A DNA stretch of 46,920 bases from a bacterium (lineage in GTDB: Bacteria > Babelota > Babeliae > Babelales > RVW-14). Position 1 is the stretch's first letter; every line of letters starts with the position of its first letter. The stretch lies in assembly GCA_043822925.1 (NCBI GenBank), contig JBDRBF010000020.1:1-46920 (forward strand), written 5' to 3'. The notes beneath the pieces are model-generated. The model was not told where the DNA came from and did not search any database. It was given only the letters and a program-made list of their open reading frames with translations. Both the position numbers and the translations under genes were made by a program. Below, piece after piece: positions 1 to 9,383 of this stretch.

Positions 1-2
1 CT

Positions 3-47
3 TCTGCGAAAAAAACAGCTCCAGGGATGCTTTCAGCAGTGAAGTAA
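3..47 (+). CDS. 3' end of upstream gene, likely a paralog of 249..2105 (partial)
   Basis: Reads SAKKTAPGMLSAVK*, nearly identical to the C-terminus AAKKTAPGTLSAVK* of the next gene. Confidence 0.8.
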   Translation, partial: SAKKTAPGMLSAVK

Positions 48-117
48 AAAATAACACAATTTAATACACAAATTTTGTTATAAGAGAGGGCAGTGATTGA
101 ATGATCGCTGCCCTCTT
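9..117 (+). repeat. Direct repeat copy 1 (gene tail plus terminator)
   Basis: 109 bp, one mismatch to 2067..2175. Confidence 0.95.
85..116 (+). terminator. Intrinsic terminator-like hairpin
   Basis: AGAGGGCAGTGAT / ATCGCTGCCCTCT stem followed by a T-rich tract. Confidence 0.75.
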
Positions 118-248
118 ATGTTTTTTTGATTGGTTTTGAGTTTAAACGGTAAGATCTTGAAATGTGACTTGGGATAAGCATAAACTAATATTATGTTGTT
201 AATTACAAAGAGAGTGGTTCTAGGTTTTCTATCTAAGGGAGATGTGAT

Positions 249-2105
249 ATGAGATTGATGAAGAAATTGTTAGCGCTTGTGTTTGCGCTGGTGGCAATGG
301 GCCAGATTTATGCTGATATGTTGCCAGATGTTTGGATTCTACGTGGTGGGAGACCACATTTTAGAACGGGAATTACAAAAGATTCGCCTCAGGGAGCTGA
401 TTGGGTAGTAGTTGATCTGCCAGGGAGAGAAAAGGCTCAATGGGTAAGCGTCGGGCCAAATGGTCAAGTGTGGGTTATTGGTGCTGCTATTCCAGAAAGA
501 GCTCCCGATGGGCCTCTGTATTACCGTGTAGGTGTTACGCCAACTTCCCCTATGGGGACTAGTTGGGCTAAGATTGATGGTTTTGCAGTATGCGTTGCCG
601 TTAGTAATAACTTTGTGATTCATACAAATCGTTTAGGTGAAATTTACGCTAGTCCAGCAATTACTGATGCAAATCTTAATGCGACATGGAAAAAAGTAGA
701 CGGAACGATTAAATTCATTTCTATTAATAAAGACGATATTGTATGGGGAATTCAAGCTCCAGATAAAATTTATGTTTGGGACAAACCTTTTGCCGCAGCA
801 GATTTTAATTCTACCCCTTGGGCTAGCCATTGGAAGCCTGTTGCTGGAGGACTTTCTCAACTTTCCGTTGGTCCTGATATAGATGGTAACCGTTTGGTTT
901 GGGGTACTGGTAGTGACTATGCCACTTTCTATAGAGTGGGAGTAACTACCGCTGTGCCAGGGGGAACTGAATGGAGGAGGGAAATTGGTTCAATTCACAG
1001 AATTTCTATTGCTCCTTATCCTGTGAAAATGAGTTCACAGAGTACACATAGTGGAGGAATGGTTTGGGGGGTTAATCAATATGGAAATATTTATTATAAA
1101 AAGGATGCAACTGCAGGAGACTATAGGCGTAACTGGCTCCCGCTTGCAGGATCAGGTGCGGGATCAGCAAGTCATATTAGTGTTGGTGGAATAGAAGATC
1201 CTGTTTCATTCGTAACAGCAGCAGCAGCGGAAAAAGCAGCAGCGGAAAAAGCAGCAGCGGAAAAAGCAGCGGCAGATAAAGCAGCGGCAGATAAAGCAGC
1301 GGCAGATAAAGCAGCAGCAGATAAAGCAGCGGCAGATAAAGCAGCAGCAGATAAAGCAGCGGCAGATAAAGCAGCGGCAGATAAAGCAGCAGCAGATAAA
1401 GCAGCAGCAGATAAAGCAGCGGCAGATAAAGCAGCGGCAGATGCAGCGGCGGCACAAGCGGCGGCAGATAAAGCTGCGGCACAAGCGGCGGCAGATAAAG
1501 CAGCGGCAGATAAAGCGGCAGCAGAAGCAGCGCTGACGCCAGCAGCCAAAAATATCGAAGTTATTAAAGCTATTAATCAAGTGCCAAATATTGTAACCAA
1601 AATAAAAAGTTTATATACGTTAATGCAACAAGCAGCGGGACAACAATTTGATGCACAAACGCAAAGTACTTTTGCAGAAGCGCTTGTAAATGCATTTAAC
1701 GATGCGCGTACTTCAGATTCATATATGCAACAAACACTGCAAGCGGCTGCAAAATCGTCATTACTTAATGCTGATCAGCAAAAATATGTAACACAAACTA
1801 TGATTCCTATGTTTGCAGGAACAACAGCTCAGGCAGCTGCGCCATCGCCTACGCAAGTAGTTCCAGTTTCAGCAGCGCCGGTGTCAGCAGTTACAACTTC
1901 TGTTCCGGTTGCTAAAACAACGGCTGTAGTCAAACCAGTTACAACAGTAGCTAAGAAAACAGTAGCTAAGAAAACAGTCGCTAAGAAACCTGTGGCTAAG
2001 AAGCCTGTGGCTAAAAAAGCAGTAAAAAAAGTAGTTAAGAAGGTTGTTAAAAAGAAAGCTGCAGCAAAAAAAACAGCTCCAGGGACGCTTTCAGCAGTGA
2101 AGTAA
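249..2105 (+). CDS. Secreted tectonin (TECPR)-repeat beta-propeller protein with AAADK stalk and Lys-rich tail
   Basis: Signal peptide; about 6 W..V.G...ISV....VWG repeats including YYRVGVT...P.GT.W; (AAADK)n; VAKKT/VAKKP repeats. Confidence 0.85.
   Translation: MRLMKKLLALVFALVAMGQIYADMLPDVWILRGGRPHFRTGITKDSPQGADWVVVDLPGREKAQWVSVGPNGQVWVIGAAIPERAPDGPLYYRVGVTPTSPMGTSWAKIDGFAVCVAVSNNFVIHTNRLGEIYASPAITDANLNATWKKVDGTIKFISINKDDIVWGIQAPDKIYVWDKPFAAADFNSTPWASHWKPVAGGLSQLSVGPDIDGNRLVWGTGSDYATFYRVGVTTAVPGGTEWRREIGSIHRISIAPYPVKMSSQSTHSGGMVWGVNQYGNIYYKKDATAGDYRRNWLPLAGSGAGSASHISVGGIEDPVSFVTAAAAEKAAAEKAAAEKAAADKAAADKAAADKAAADKAAADKAAADKAAADKAAADKAAADKAAADKAAADKAAADAAAAQAAADKAAAQAAADKAAADKAAAEAALTPAAKNIEVIKAINQVPNIVTKIKSLYTLMQQAAGQQFDAQTQSTFAEALVNAFNDARTSDSYMQQTLQAAAKSSLLNADQQKYVTQTMIPMFAGTTAQAAAPSPTQVVPVSAAPVSAVTTSVPVAKTTAVVKPVTTVAKKTVAKKTVAKKPVAKKPVAKKAVKKVVKKVVKKKAAAKKTAPGTLSAVK
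1218..1532 (+). repeat. 15 bp tandem repeat encoding AAAEK/AAADK
   Basis: GCAGC(G/A)GCAGATAAA units, about 20 copies. Confidence 0.95.
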
Positions 2106-2175
2106 AAAATAACACAATTTAATACACAAATTTTGTTATAAGAGAGGGCAGTGATTGAATGATCGCTGCCCTCTT
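2067..2175 (+). repeat. Direct repeat copy 2 (gene tail plus terminator hairpin 2143..2174)
   Basis: Matches 9..117 at offset 2058. Confidence 0.95.
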
Positions 2176-2264
2176 GTTGTCTAAGCATTATTTTATTATA
2201 GTAAATTTAATGAGTAGATGAGGCGGTGAAGTTTCTGGGTTATTTTTGTGTGAGGAGAATGATA

Positions 2265-3296
2265 ATGAGAAGTATGAAGAATTTTATGATTATTTTTGTG
2301 GTAATGATGCCGATTTTATTGTGTGGGGGGCAGATTTTTGGAGTGGCCGTAAAATATAATACACCTATTATGATTAAATCGAAAAAATTTACCGAAAAAA
2401 CTGTCAGTAGAGGTTGGTGGGTACATGCATGGAGCCGTGATATTAAGAATAATCCCACAGATCAATCAGAAAAAGAGGGCGATTGGGGTGTCGGGCGTTT
2501 TGCAAATAGAATGCCAAATATTGCTGCTCCAGAAAATCATCACGAAATATTAATTGGAATGGGGTCAGATGCTGATACACGTGATGAAAATGGCAATCAA
2601 TTTTTTATTATTCAAGATGCTACGGATGAAGCAAAAACTGGTATTGTGCGTTATGGTGATGCGGTAAAAATATTGGCGACATTTTCTGGCGCTGGAGTAA
2701 AGGAAGAGGCTGGTTTGCAAGTAAAACCACGTGTATTGTGGGTTCATAATCCAGCGGCGCTTTTTTATCCAGATGGCTGCGAGATTGTTGTTTCCGTTCC
2801 TGAATGTAAAGAAACTCAAACGAGTAAAGCGCATTTTGCTTTTATGAGTTCAGATAAGGGGAATGGGTTGCCGGTTGAAAGTGGTGATGTTTTATATTTG
2901 AGAAGTTTGTCTGGTGATCCTAAATCTGATAGTGCGCGTTTATGGGCGTATGAGTTTTCGCGTTGGGGAACAGGATATCAATGCCTTGTTCTTAATAAAG
3001 GTGATATGCGTGAAACAGATAATGGAAAGTTTCAGATTCAAATTGTTCAAAAATCTGATTTAACAGCTGACGGCCAAAAGGCATATGACGAGCTTATGGT
3101 GGCTCCTGGATATGCGTTTTTGAAAGAAAAAATAAAAAAAGTTGAGCCGGTAAAAAATGAGCAAAAAAAAGAAGAGAACCTTTATGGTACGCTTACTGAG
3201 TTAGAAAAAAAAGAAGCAGAACTAAAAAAAGATATTGAGGCTTTTGAGAAAGAAAAAGCTGGAAAAGAAAAATCTATAGTTGGCCAGAAGAAGTAG
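2265..3296 (+). CDS. Secreted protein, possible MIR-like beta-trefoil with charged C-terminal coiled coil
   Basis: AGGAG 7 nt before ATG 2265; signal peptide; three repeats VKYNTPIMI / VRYGDAVKI / VESGDVLYL. Confidence 0.65.
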   Translation: MRSMKNFMIIFVVMMPILLCGGQIFGVAVKYNTPIMIKSKKFTEKTVSRGWWVHAWSRDIKNNPTDQSEKEGDWGVGRFANRMPNIAAPENHHEILIGMGSDADTRDENGNQFFIIQDATDEAKTGIVRYGDAVKILATFSGAGVKEEAGLQVKPRVLWVHNPAALFYPDGCEIVVSVPECKETQTSKAHFAFMSSDKGNGLPVESGDVLYLRSLSGDPKSDSARLWAYEFSRWGTGYQCLVLNKGDMRETDNGKFQIQIVQKSDLTADGQKAYDELMVAPGYAFLKEKIKKVEPVKNEQKKEENLYGTLTELEKKEAELKKDIEAFEKEKAGKEKSIVGQKK

Positions 3297-3326
3297 GTAA
3301 ATTTCTCGTGTGCACGAAGCTTGTAT

Positions 3327-3349
3327 TAGACCGGGGTTTTAACCCCGGT
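3327..3349. repeat. Palindrome family D / bidirectional terminator
   Basis: TAGACCGGGGTTTTAACCCCGGT between convergent genes; same pattern as 6051..6077. Confidence 0.6.
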
Positions 3350-3352
3350 TTT

Positions 3353-4057
3353 TTACCAGGGCAAAATTATGGTGCCTTTTTCCATCGTTTTTTCGCGCGG
3401 CGTAATTTTTTCATGAAAAATCTTTGTGTCTAATGTATAGAGTAGAGATTTATTTGCGGCGTGATCAATTTTTACTTCTTTATGTGCTTTTAATAAAATT
3501 TGTGGTAAATGAATATCGTTATCTGCAAATTCTATATGCCATTTTTCTAGATGGTCAACGTATTTCGGGTCGATTAATATGACTATGCTATCTTGAGGAA
3601 TAGCATGTGCTATTTTTTTTTCTTCCCATGTAAAGCCACCAAACTGAGCAGCTTTTAGAGCGTATGCTTTGTAGCTCTTTGTGTGGTCAAGTTTGAGATT
3701 TTTAATGGTGTTTGTTTTTTCAAATTGTGGGATAATCTGTTTGCTGATAATAAGCGTGAATTCGTTTGGTTTTCCTTCTGTAAGAGGGAAAGAAAAGAAA
3801 CCCTCAGAATTGTTTATTGTTTCCATGCCATTATAATAAATTCTGAATGGTGATATTTCGTCTTCGTTGTGTAAAATTTTTAGATAGCCCTTGAGTTCTG
3901 TAACTTTCTTTCCAGAAAAATTTTGATCTTCTGGTGTTTTTTGTTCTGCTATTATGTTGGCATTTGGGTTTTGTGGTTCTTCTGAATAGACTAAGCAGGT
4001 ATTAGCTAATGTGAGAATAGTGCTAGCCAGTAACAAGGTAATGCGTTTTTGGTTCAT
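3353..4057 (-). CDS. Secreted hypothetical protein
   Basis: 234 aa ORF with N-terminal signal peptide. Confidence 0.8.
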   Translation of the reverse strand: MNQKRITLLLASTILTLANTCLVYSEEPQNPNANIIAEQKTPEDQNFSGKKVTELKGYLKILHNEDEISPFRIYYNGMETINNSEGFFSFPLTEGKPNEFTLIISKQIIPQFEKTNTIKNLKLDHTKSYKAYALKAAQFGGFTWEEKKIAHAIPQDSIVILIDPKYVDHLEKWHIEFADNDIHLPQILLKAHKEVKIDHAANKSLLYTLDTKIFHEKITPREKTMEKGTIILPW

Positions 4058-4190
4058 ATTTTGAACTTTCGAGTTTAATGTTTTGGTTAATAGTAATTAT
4101 TTGTTGTCTAGCGTATCAAATCTTGCAAGAAATGCGCAAGTTTGTTTTACTGATTAAATAATAAAAGGGTTTAGCCAGGAGGGTCGGCGT

Positions 4191-4700
4191 ATGAATATGA
4201 CAAAGAAAATAAGTGGGTTTGGGTCTCGAGTTAAATCTGGGATGACAAAAATAAAGAATTTAAAAAATATAAAAGAGTTTTTTAAGCAAGAATTGGGCAG
4301 TGGCTCTTCGCCAGAAAAATTAGCGCTTTCGTTTTGTGTTGGGCTTTATATAGCGTGCTCGCCTTTTATTGGAGCCCATACGCTTATGATGTTTGCAAGT
4401 CGGTGGCTTTTTGGGCTTAATTTACCCATATTGTTTGTGGCGACAAGTTTGAATAACCCGTGGACGATGGTTCCTGTTTTTGCAGGCGAGTACGTTTTTG
4501 GGCATTGGCTTGTGCATAGTTTTTTACATATGAACCCCACGTGGACATTATCTTTGGGTAAAATTTTTGGGTCAGGGTCTGTCTGCTTGTGGTCTTTTTT
4601 TATTGGGTGTAATATCCTAGGCATTGTGCTAGCCGTACTGGCTTATCCTGTTATATATATGGTTTTTAAGAAGATATCAGGCAGACTTACGGCAGGTTAA
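4191..4700 (+). CDS. DUF2062-like membrane protein
   Basis: SPEKLALSFCVGLYI..PF.G.HT and NNPWT motifs. Confidence 0.75.
   Translation: MNMTKKISGFGSRVKSGMTKIKNLKNIKEFFKQELGSGSSPEKLALSFCVGLYIACSPFIGAHTLMMFASRWLFGLNLPILFVATSLNNPWTMVPVFAGEYVFGHWLVHSFLHMNPTWTLSLGKIFGSGSVCLWSFFIGCNILGIVLAVLAYPVIYMVFKKISGRLTAG
4221..4246 (-). repeat. Palindrome family C, in frame inside a CDS (GSRVKSGMT)
   Basis: Reverse complement GTCATCCCAGATTTAACTCGAGACCC resembles C copies at 18435 and 23861. Confidence 0.7.
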
Positions 4701-4750
4701 GAATGTAGAGTGCTCAAGTACGTGAATATACGAAGAATAAGTAGATTTTG

Positions 4751-5206
4751 ATGAAAGAGATAGCAAGAAATAAAAAAGCCTTTTTTGATTATGAGATACT
4801 GGACACTATGGAAGTTGGAATTGTTTTAACGGGGGACGAAGTAAAGTCGGCTAGAAAGGGTCAGGTTTCATTACTTGATGCTTTTGCGGTTGTTCAGGCA
4901 GGAGAACTTACTCTTTTAAACTGTTCGATTGCTCCATATTCACATGCGTATTCAAAAAAAGATGATTTATCAAGAAGAACCAGAATATTGTTGGCCAAAA
5001 GACGTCAGATTGATTCTTTAATTGGTGATATTTCTCGTAAGGGATTAACGCTTATCCCGCTTAAGATGTATTTTAATGCTCGTGGCTTTATTAAATTAGA
5101 AATAGGGCTCGCTAAACACAAAAAAGCGCACGATAAAAAACAAAGTCTTAAAGAACGTGATATTAAACGTGAGACGGCTCGGGAGCTTAAAAAGCGTTCT
5201 GAATAA
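4751..5206 (+). CDS. smpB: SsrA-binding protein
   Basis: NKKAFFDY, GIVLTGDEVKS, G.TLIPLKMYF, HDKKQSLKER. Confidence 0.97.
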   Translation: MKEIARNKKAFFDYEILDTMEVGIVLTGDEVKSARKGQVSLLDAFAVVQAGELTLLNCSIAPYSHAYSKKDDLSRRTRILLAKRRQIDSLIGDISRKGLTLIPLKMYFNARGFIKLEIGLAKHKKAHDKKQSLKERDIKRETARELKKRSE

Positions 5207-5219
5207 TTTTGGGGCATGT

Positions 5220-6035
5220 ATGATAATCGGTTCAGAAATTTATCCAATACAGTTGTGTTCAGATTCTATGAAGTTAGCTAAAGATCATTTACAAGTAGCT
5301 CAGTCAGGGGCTGTTTTTATTGTTGAGCAGCTTGCGCATGCGCATGGCCGGCAGGGGCGGGACTGGCTTGTTTCTGATGGTCAATTAGCGCTTACGATTT
5401 TATTAAAACCGGCACAAGATAGAATACGTTCAGGGGGGCCAGATGGTGCTCCTGTTATTTCCCAAGAGCTTAATTATTTAAACATGGCTCTATCGCTTGG
5501 GATTCTTGAACCATTAAAAAAATATGGTGTTGGTTTGAAGTGGCCGAACGATTTTTTTGTACATGATAAAAAAGTAGGCGGGATGCTTCTTGAATCTGTA
5601 TGGTCTGGTCAAAGCATAGGGCTTGTTGGAGTGCCTGATCTAGCAGGTGTTATTTTAGGCTTTGCGCTTAATATTAATAATAGTTTTGATTGTTCTCATG
5701 AATTATTTAGTAAAGCGATGAGCTTACATGAACTTGCTGGTAATAGTTTTGATATAGTTTTGTTACAAGACGATATCTTGGCAGAGCTTGATATCTGGTA
5801 CCAAAAATGGTGTGCCGGTGATTTTGAAACTATTTTTGATGCCTGGAAAAAGAATCAAATTTATATGGGTAAAAAAATTTCCGTTCACAACACTGATAAA
5901 AGTGTCATGAACGGAATATTTATTGATTTGTTATCTAATGGAGATCTTGTTCTAAAAGATGATCATGGCGTTATGCACACGATCTCTTTTTGTTCTGTAA
6001 GTGCCCTTAATCCCGTTCTCTCCTCAGGCTGGTAA
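5220..6035 (+). CDS. birA: Biotin protein ligase (no HTH domain)
   Basis: GRQGRDW, LKWPND, KKVGGMLLE; GGGG before ATG 5220. Confidence 0.92.
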   Translation: MIIGSEIYPIQLCSDSMKLAKDHLQVAQSGAVFIVEQLAHAHGRQGRDWLVSDGQLALTILLKPAQDRIRSGGPDGAPVISQELNYLNMALSLGILEPLKKYGVGLKWPNDFFVHDKKVGGMLLESVWSGQSIGLVGVPDLAGVILGFALNINNSFDCSHELFSKAMSLHELAGNSFDIVLLQDDILAELDIWYQKWCAGDFETIFDAWKKNQIYMGKKISVHNTDKSVMNGIFIDLLSNGDLVLKDDHGVMHTISFCSVSALNPVLSSGW

Positions 6036-6050
6036 GCCTGAAACTTATTC

Positions 6051-6077
6051 TAGCCTATGGTTTCAACCATAGGGCTA
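6051..6077. repeat. Palindrome family D
   Basis: TAGCCTATGGTTTCAACCATAGGGCTA between convergent birA and sppA. Confidence 0.6.
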
Positions 6078-7052
6078 TGCAAGTGTAATGTTGTTCTGTT
6101 CTTGGGCTTGAGCATGTATAAAGTTTTTGTACACGTCGTTCAAAAATAAGGCAACTTTTGTTGAAAAGCTATTGCCATCGGAGCTGTATTCTTCGTCGCT
6201 TCCCATAAGAAGTTTCATCAAACCACCGGATGCTTTTTCTGCAGGAACAAATTTAATGTCTTGTTTTTCGTCTATTTTTGCTAACTTTTTGATTGCTTTT
6301 ATAGCTTCGCGATGTGAGCCAATTTGGTCAATAAGTTTAAGTTCAAGAGCTTGATTACCCATGAAAATTTGGCCATTGGCCCATTTTTCTTGGGCTTTAT
6401 CTGAAAGGTTTCTGCTTTGTGCGATATCTTTAACAAATTGTAGGTAAGCACTGTTTGAAAGTTTTTGTAAGTAAACTTCTTCTTCTTTACTCATTTCTTT
6501 TGTTGGACTACCAGCTGTTTTATATTTACCTGATTGGATGTAGCCAATTGAAACGTTCCAGTTATCGAGTAATTTTTTGACATTAGGAATTTGCATTAAA
6601 ACGCCAATGCTGCCAACGAGTGATGATGGGCTTGCAATAATAGTATTTGCTGCAGATGCTACATAGTAGCCCGCTGATGCGCATACGTTTTCGACTAGAA
6701 CGATGACCGGCTTCTTTTTCTTAAATGCGTTTATTTCGTTATAAAGAGCTTGAGCCGTACCAGGCATGCCGCCTGGGCTTTCTATTTTAATAAAAAGAGC
6801 TTTAATTTCTGGATCTTTTTCACATTTTTCTATGTGTTTTGTATAGAACGATGAATCATGAATGATCCCGGTAATTTTGAGCAAGCCGACGTGGGCCTTT
6901 GGTTTTAGAGTTTCTTTGATTGTTGTAAATACGTTGCTGATAATAAGCGGGGCAATTTGTAGGATAATTACGACTAAAAATAGGTTCTTGAGAAAAGCCC
7001 AAAAGCGTTCTGTGCGTGGTTTTTTAGTTTTTTGTTCTTCTGATGTATTCAT
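6075..7052 (-). CDS. sppA: Signal peptide peptidase, 36K type (S49)
   Basis: IESPGG, CASAGYYVASAA, GSIGV, SGKYK. Confidence 0.95.
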   Translation of the reverse strand: MNTSEEQKTKKPRTERFWAFLKNLFLVVIILQIAPLIISNVFTTIKETLKPKAHVGLLKITGIIHDSSFYTKHIEKCEKDPEIKALFIKIESPGGMPGTAQALYNEINAFKKKKPVIVLVENVCASAGYYVASAANTIIASPSSLVGSIGVLMQIPNVKKLLDNWNVSIGYIQSGKYKTAGSPTKEMSKEEEVYLQKLSNSAYLQFVKDIAQSRNLSDKAQEKWANGQIFMGNQALELKLIDQIGSHREAIKAIKKLAKIDEKQDIKFVPAEKASGGLMKLLMGSDEEYSSDGNSFSTKVALFLNDVYKNFIHAQAQEQNNITLA

Positions 7053-7119
7053 CAGGGTCCCTCATATAATAGTGTTGCGATTTTTTTATAGTTCAGCAAG
7101 AAACGTATGTTTTTGTTTG

Positions 7120-7578
7120 TTAGAGAGAGCAATGAGCAGGAACTCGAATTTCCTGATCTTTGATGACGCGTCCGCTTGCATCTTTGACGGTGAAGTTTAC
7201 AACTTTTTTATTTGTTGTGTTGTATAAGATTTCGACTGTTTTGTCAGTAGCGAGTCCTGGTTGAAGGTCTTGGACAATTAAGTCAGGTTTTTTGTGATAG
7301 TCTGAGTAATAGATTTTAGTGGACATCTTTTTTGGGGTCATGCCGGTGATTCCAGCTGTTTTGAGGTCGTAGGTGCATAAAGCCTTTAATGTTCGACCAG
7401 TTCTGTGTTTGTTTATGTTTTTAAGAGCATCAGCGATAAGGTCATTATTATTGGCAAAGTATGCGAAGTCGGTGCTTATGGCTTGATTAGTATTGATTTC
7501 AGCTTCAAAATATGTTCCAGATAGGGCGATAGTAAAAACTGTGCAGGTTAATAGTTTTGCTAAATAGCTACTTTTCAC
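7120..7578 (-). CDS. Secreted hypothetical protein
   Basis: GGAGG before GTG 7578; hydrophobic N-terminus. Confidence 0.7.
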   Translation of the reverse strand: MKSSYLAKLLTCTVFTIALSGTYFEAEINTNQAISTDFAYFANNNDLIADALKNINKHRTGRTLKALCTYDLKTAGITGMTPKKMSTKIYYSDYHKKPDLIVQDLQPGLATDKTVEILYNTTNKKVVNFTVKDASGRVIKDQEIRVPAHCSL

Positions 7579-7735
7579 AGTGCCTCCGTGCATTTTTATT
7601 TAATCTATTATTATCTTGAACTAAATTTAAGAGACCCTTTCTAAATTCCCCGTAATCAGTATACCTAACTTGTAAACCGGAAAAGAACAAGAATCTTTTT
7701 AAGTGGGAAAAGGGTGAAAGCTAAAGTACTTAGAC

Positions 7736-7763
7736 AGTATAGCCCATCTTGCTAAAATGTCAA
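7736..7763 (-). promoter_or_regulatory. sigma70-type promoter
   Basis: TTGACA-16-TATACT on the minus strand. Confidence 0.6.
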
Positions 7764-7829
7764 AACGGGGTCGCGTGACTATCTGTAATTACGTGCATTG
7801 TGCGTATTTAGGGCTATTTTGGGGAGTGT

Positions 7830-8729
7830 TTATTGCGATGCGGCGAGCCAGCGGGGTTTATCTTGTAGGTCTTTATGCATAGTGATATCTGTGAAGTTAT
7901 TTTCTCGTAAACAGTTTTCGAGTTGTCCTGAAGATTGGTCGATTCCAAACTCTAAAACTATTTGTGGCGTGTTGTTGTTATGTGGTTTTTTTAGATACTT
8001 GTGAGCTTCTGGAATTATTTGTTCATATATAGCTAGGCCGTGATTTTGGGCAACTAGCGCTTGCTCATCTTCCCATAAGCGAATTTCGTCGGAAACTTTC
8101 CGGTAGCTTTCTTGGGATAAATATGGGGGGTTGCTTATGATAATATCGAATTGGTTTTGTGCTTCAAGCGCGTCAAATAGGTTTGATTGTATAAATGTGA
8201 TATTTGATATGTCGTTATACGCTTTGTTTTTTTGTGCGAGCTTTATTGCTTTGTCGTTTATATCGGTGCCTATTATTGTTGCTTGTGGGAATGCTTTGGC
8301 CAGCGCTAGGCCTATGCAGCCTGAGCCGCAGCAGAGATCAAGAATGGCTAGTGGTGGGGCGGGGATGGCATTACGAGTGTTTTGTTCAATCTTATCGATT
8401 AACCAGAGCGTTATTTCTTCAGTTTCTGGCCGAGGGATAAGTATCGGTGGTTCTACGATTATTTCAAGAGAACAAAAGGGTACGCTGCCTAAAATATATT
8501 GTAATGGCTTTTTTTCGTTTATATATTGGCCAATCCAGTGTTCGAGTGTTTTTTCTTGATCTCCGGTTAAAGAGATATTTGTTTGAGTTAAAAGTGCAGC
8601 TTTTTTTGTTTTAGTGATAGCTTCTAGTAACCACCAGGCTTCTTGTTCTTCGTTGCCTGTTGTGTTCCGGGCACGTAACTTGGTTGCAATAGATTGTACA
8701 AATTCATGTAAAATTGATTTTACGGGCAT
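7830..8729 (-). CDS. prmC: Release factor glutamine methyltransferase
   Basis: PLQYILG, LIPRPETEE, LDLCCGSGCI, SNPPY. Confidence 0.96.
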   Translation of the reverse strand: MPVKSILHEFVQSIATKLRARNTTGNEEQEAWWLLEAITKTKKAALLTQTNISLTGDQEKTLEHWIGQYINEKKPLQYILGSVPFCSLEIIVEPPILIPRPETEEITLWLIDKIEQNTRNAIPAPPLAILDLCCGSGCIGLALAKAFPQATIIGTDINDKAIKLAQKNKAYNDISNITFIQSNLFDALEAQNQFDIIISNPPYLSQESYRKVSDEIRLWEDEQALVAQNHGLAIYEQIIPEAHKYLKKPHNNNTPQIVLEFGIDQSSGQLENCLRENNFTDITMHKDLQDKPRWLAASQ

Positions 8730-8732
8730 TTT

Positions 8733-9368
8733 TTATCCCAGTAAGAGTTTTATTGTATTGTCTGTCAGTTTGGCTAAATTATTTTTGAGTTCTTGTGCGC
8801 GTGTTAAGAGCGCGTTTATTTGATCTTTGTTTGAGTTGCTTTTTGATAATAGATTAAAAAACTGTGTTGTAAAATCGACTAAAGCCTGTTCTTCTTCTTG
8901 GATCTTATTGATAAATGCAAAAAGTGGGATTTTGTCTTGGCCGTGTTTTTCTATAATTTTGTGAGCAAGTAGTAAGTGTGCTTCATCTTGTTTGTTTTGT
9001 GTTATAAGTTTATTAAGTGTTATTACAAGTTCGGTGTCGTTTGACCAGAGTAAGTTTTTGAGTTGTTTTTTTATATCGCCAAGCATTAATGCAATTTCAA
9101 ATTCATTTGGTTCGCGGGCAGAGGTTATAGCACCAAAAGGGTTGGCTTTTGTTGGGCCTGAAATCGTAAGTGGTTGGCCATTTAAGTTTTGACCGTCAGC
9201 TTGTTTTAAAATATCTTTTAAAGAAAATGTTTCTTGGTTTGAGATTGCATTGTCTACTTTATCTCGCAGGCGAGATAGTTTTGGCATTGTACTTTTTGCA
9301 TGCATACTGTTTTGCATACAGAACGTAGATACTATGAGTATTTGCAGCATAGATATTTGTTTCTTCAT
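8733..9368 (-). CDS. Secreted helical hypothetical protein
   Basis: 211 aa, signal peptide, AAGGGAG SD. Confidence 0.8.
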   Translation of the reverse strand: MKKQISMLQILIVSTFCMQNSMHAKSTMPKLSRLRDKVDNAISNQETFSLKDILKQADGQNLNGQPLTISGPTKANPFGAITSAREPNEFEIALMLGDIKKQLKNLLWSNDTELVITLNKLITQNKQDEAHLLLAHKIIEKHGQDKIPLFAFINKIQEEEQALVDFTTQFFNLLSKSNSNKDQINALLTRAQELKNNLAKLTDNTIKLLLG

Positions 9369-9383
9369 ATTACTCCCTTGTTT

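Noticed and set aside
1172-1580. Three antisense ORFs (poly-AALS, poly-LLY, Cys-rich)
   Set aside because: Shadows of the 15 bp AAADK repeat on the opposite strand.
5409-5460. Apparent birA insertion (PAQDRIRSGGPDG); similar short insertions in mnmG, glyA and recD2
   Set aside because: No convincing DNA match to palindrome families A-D.
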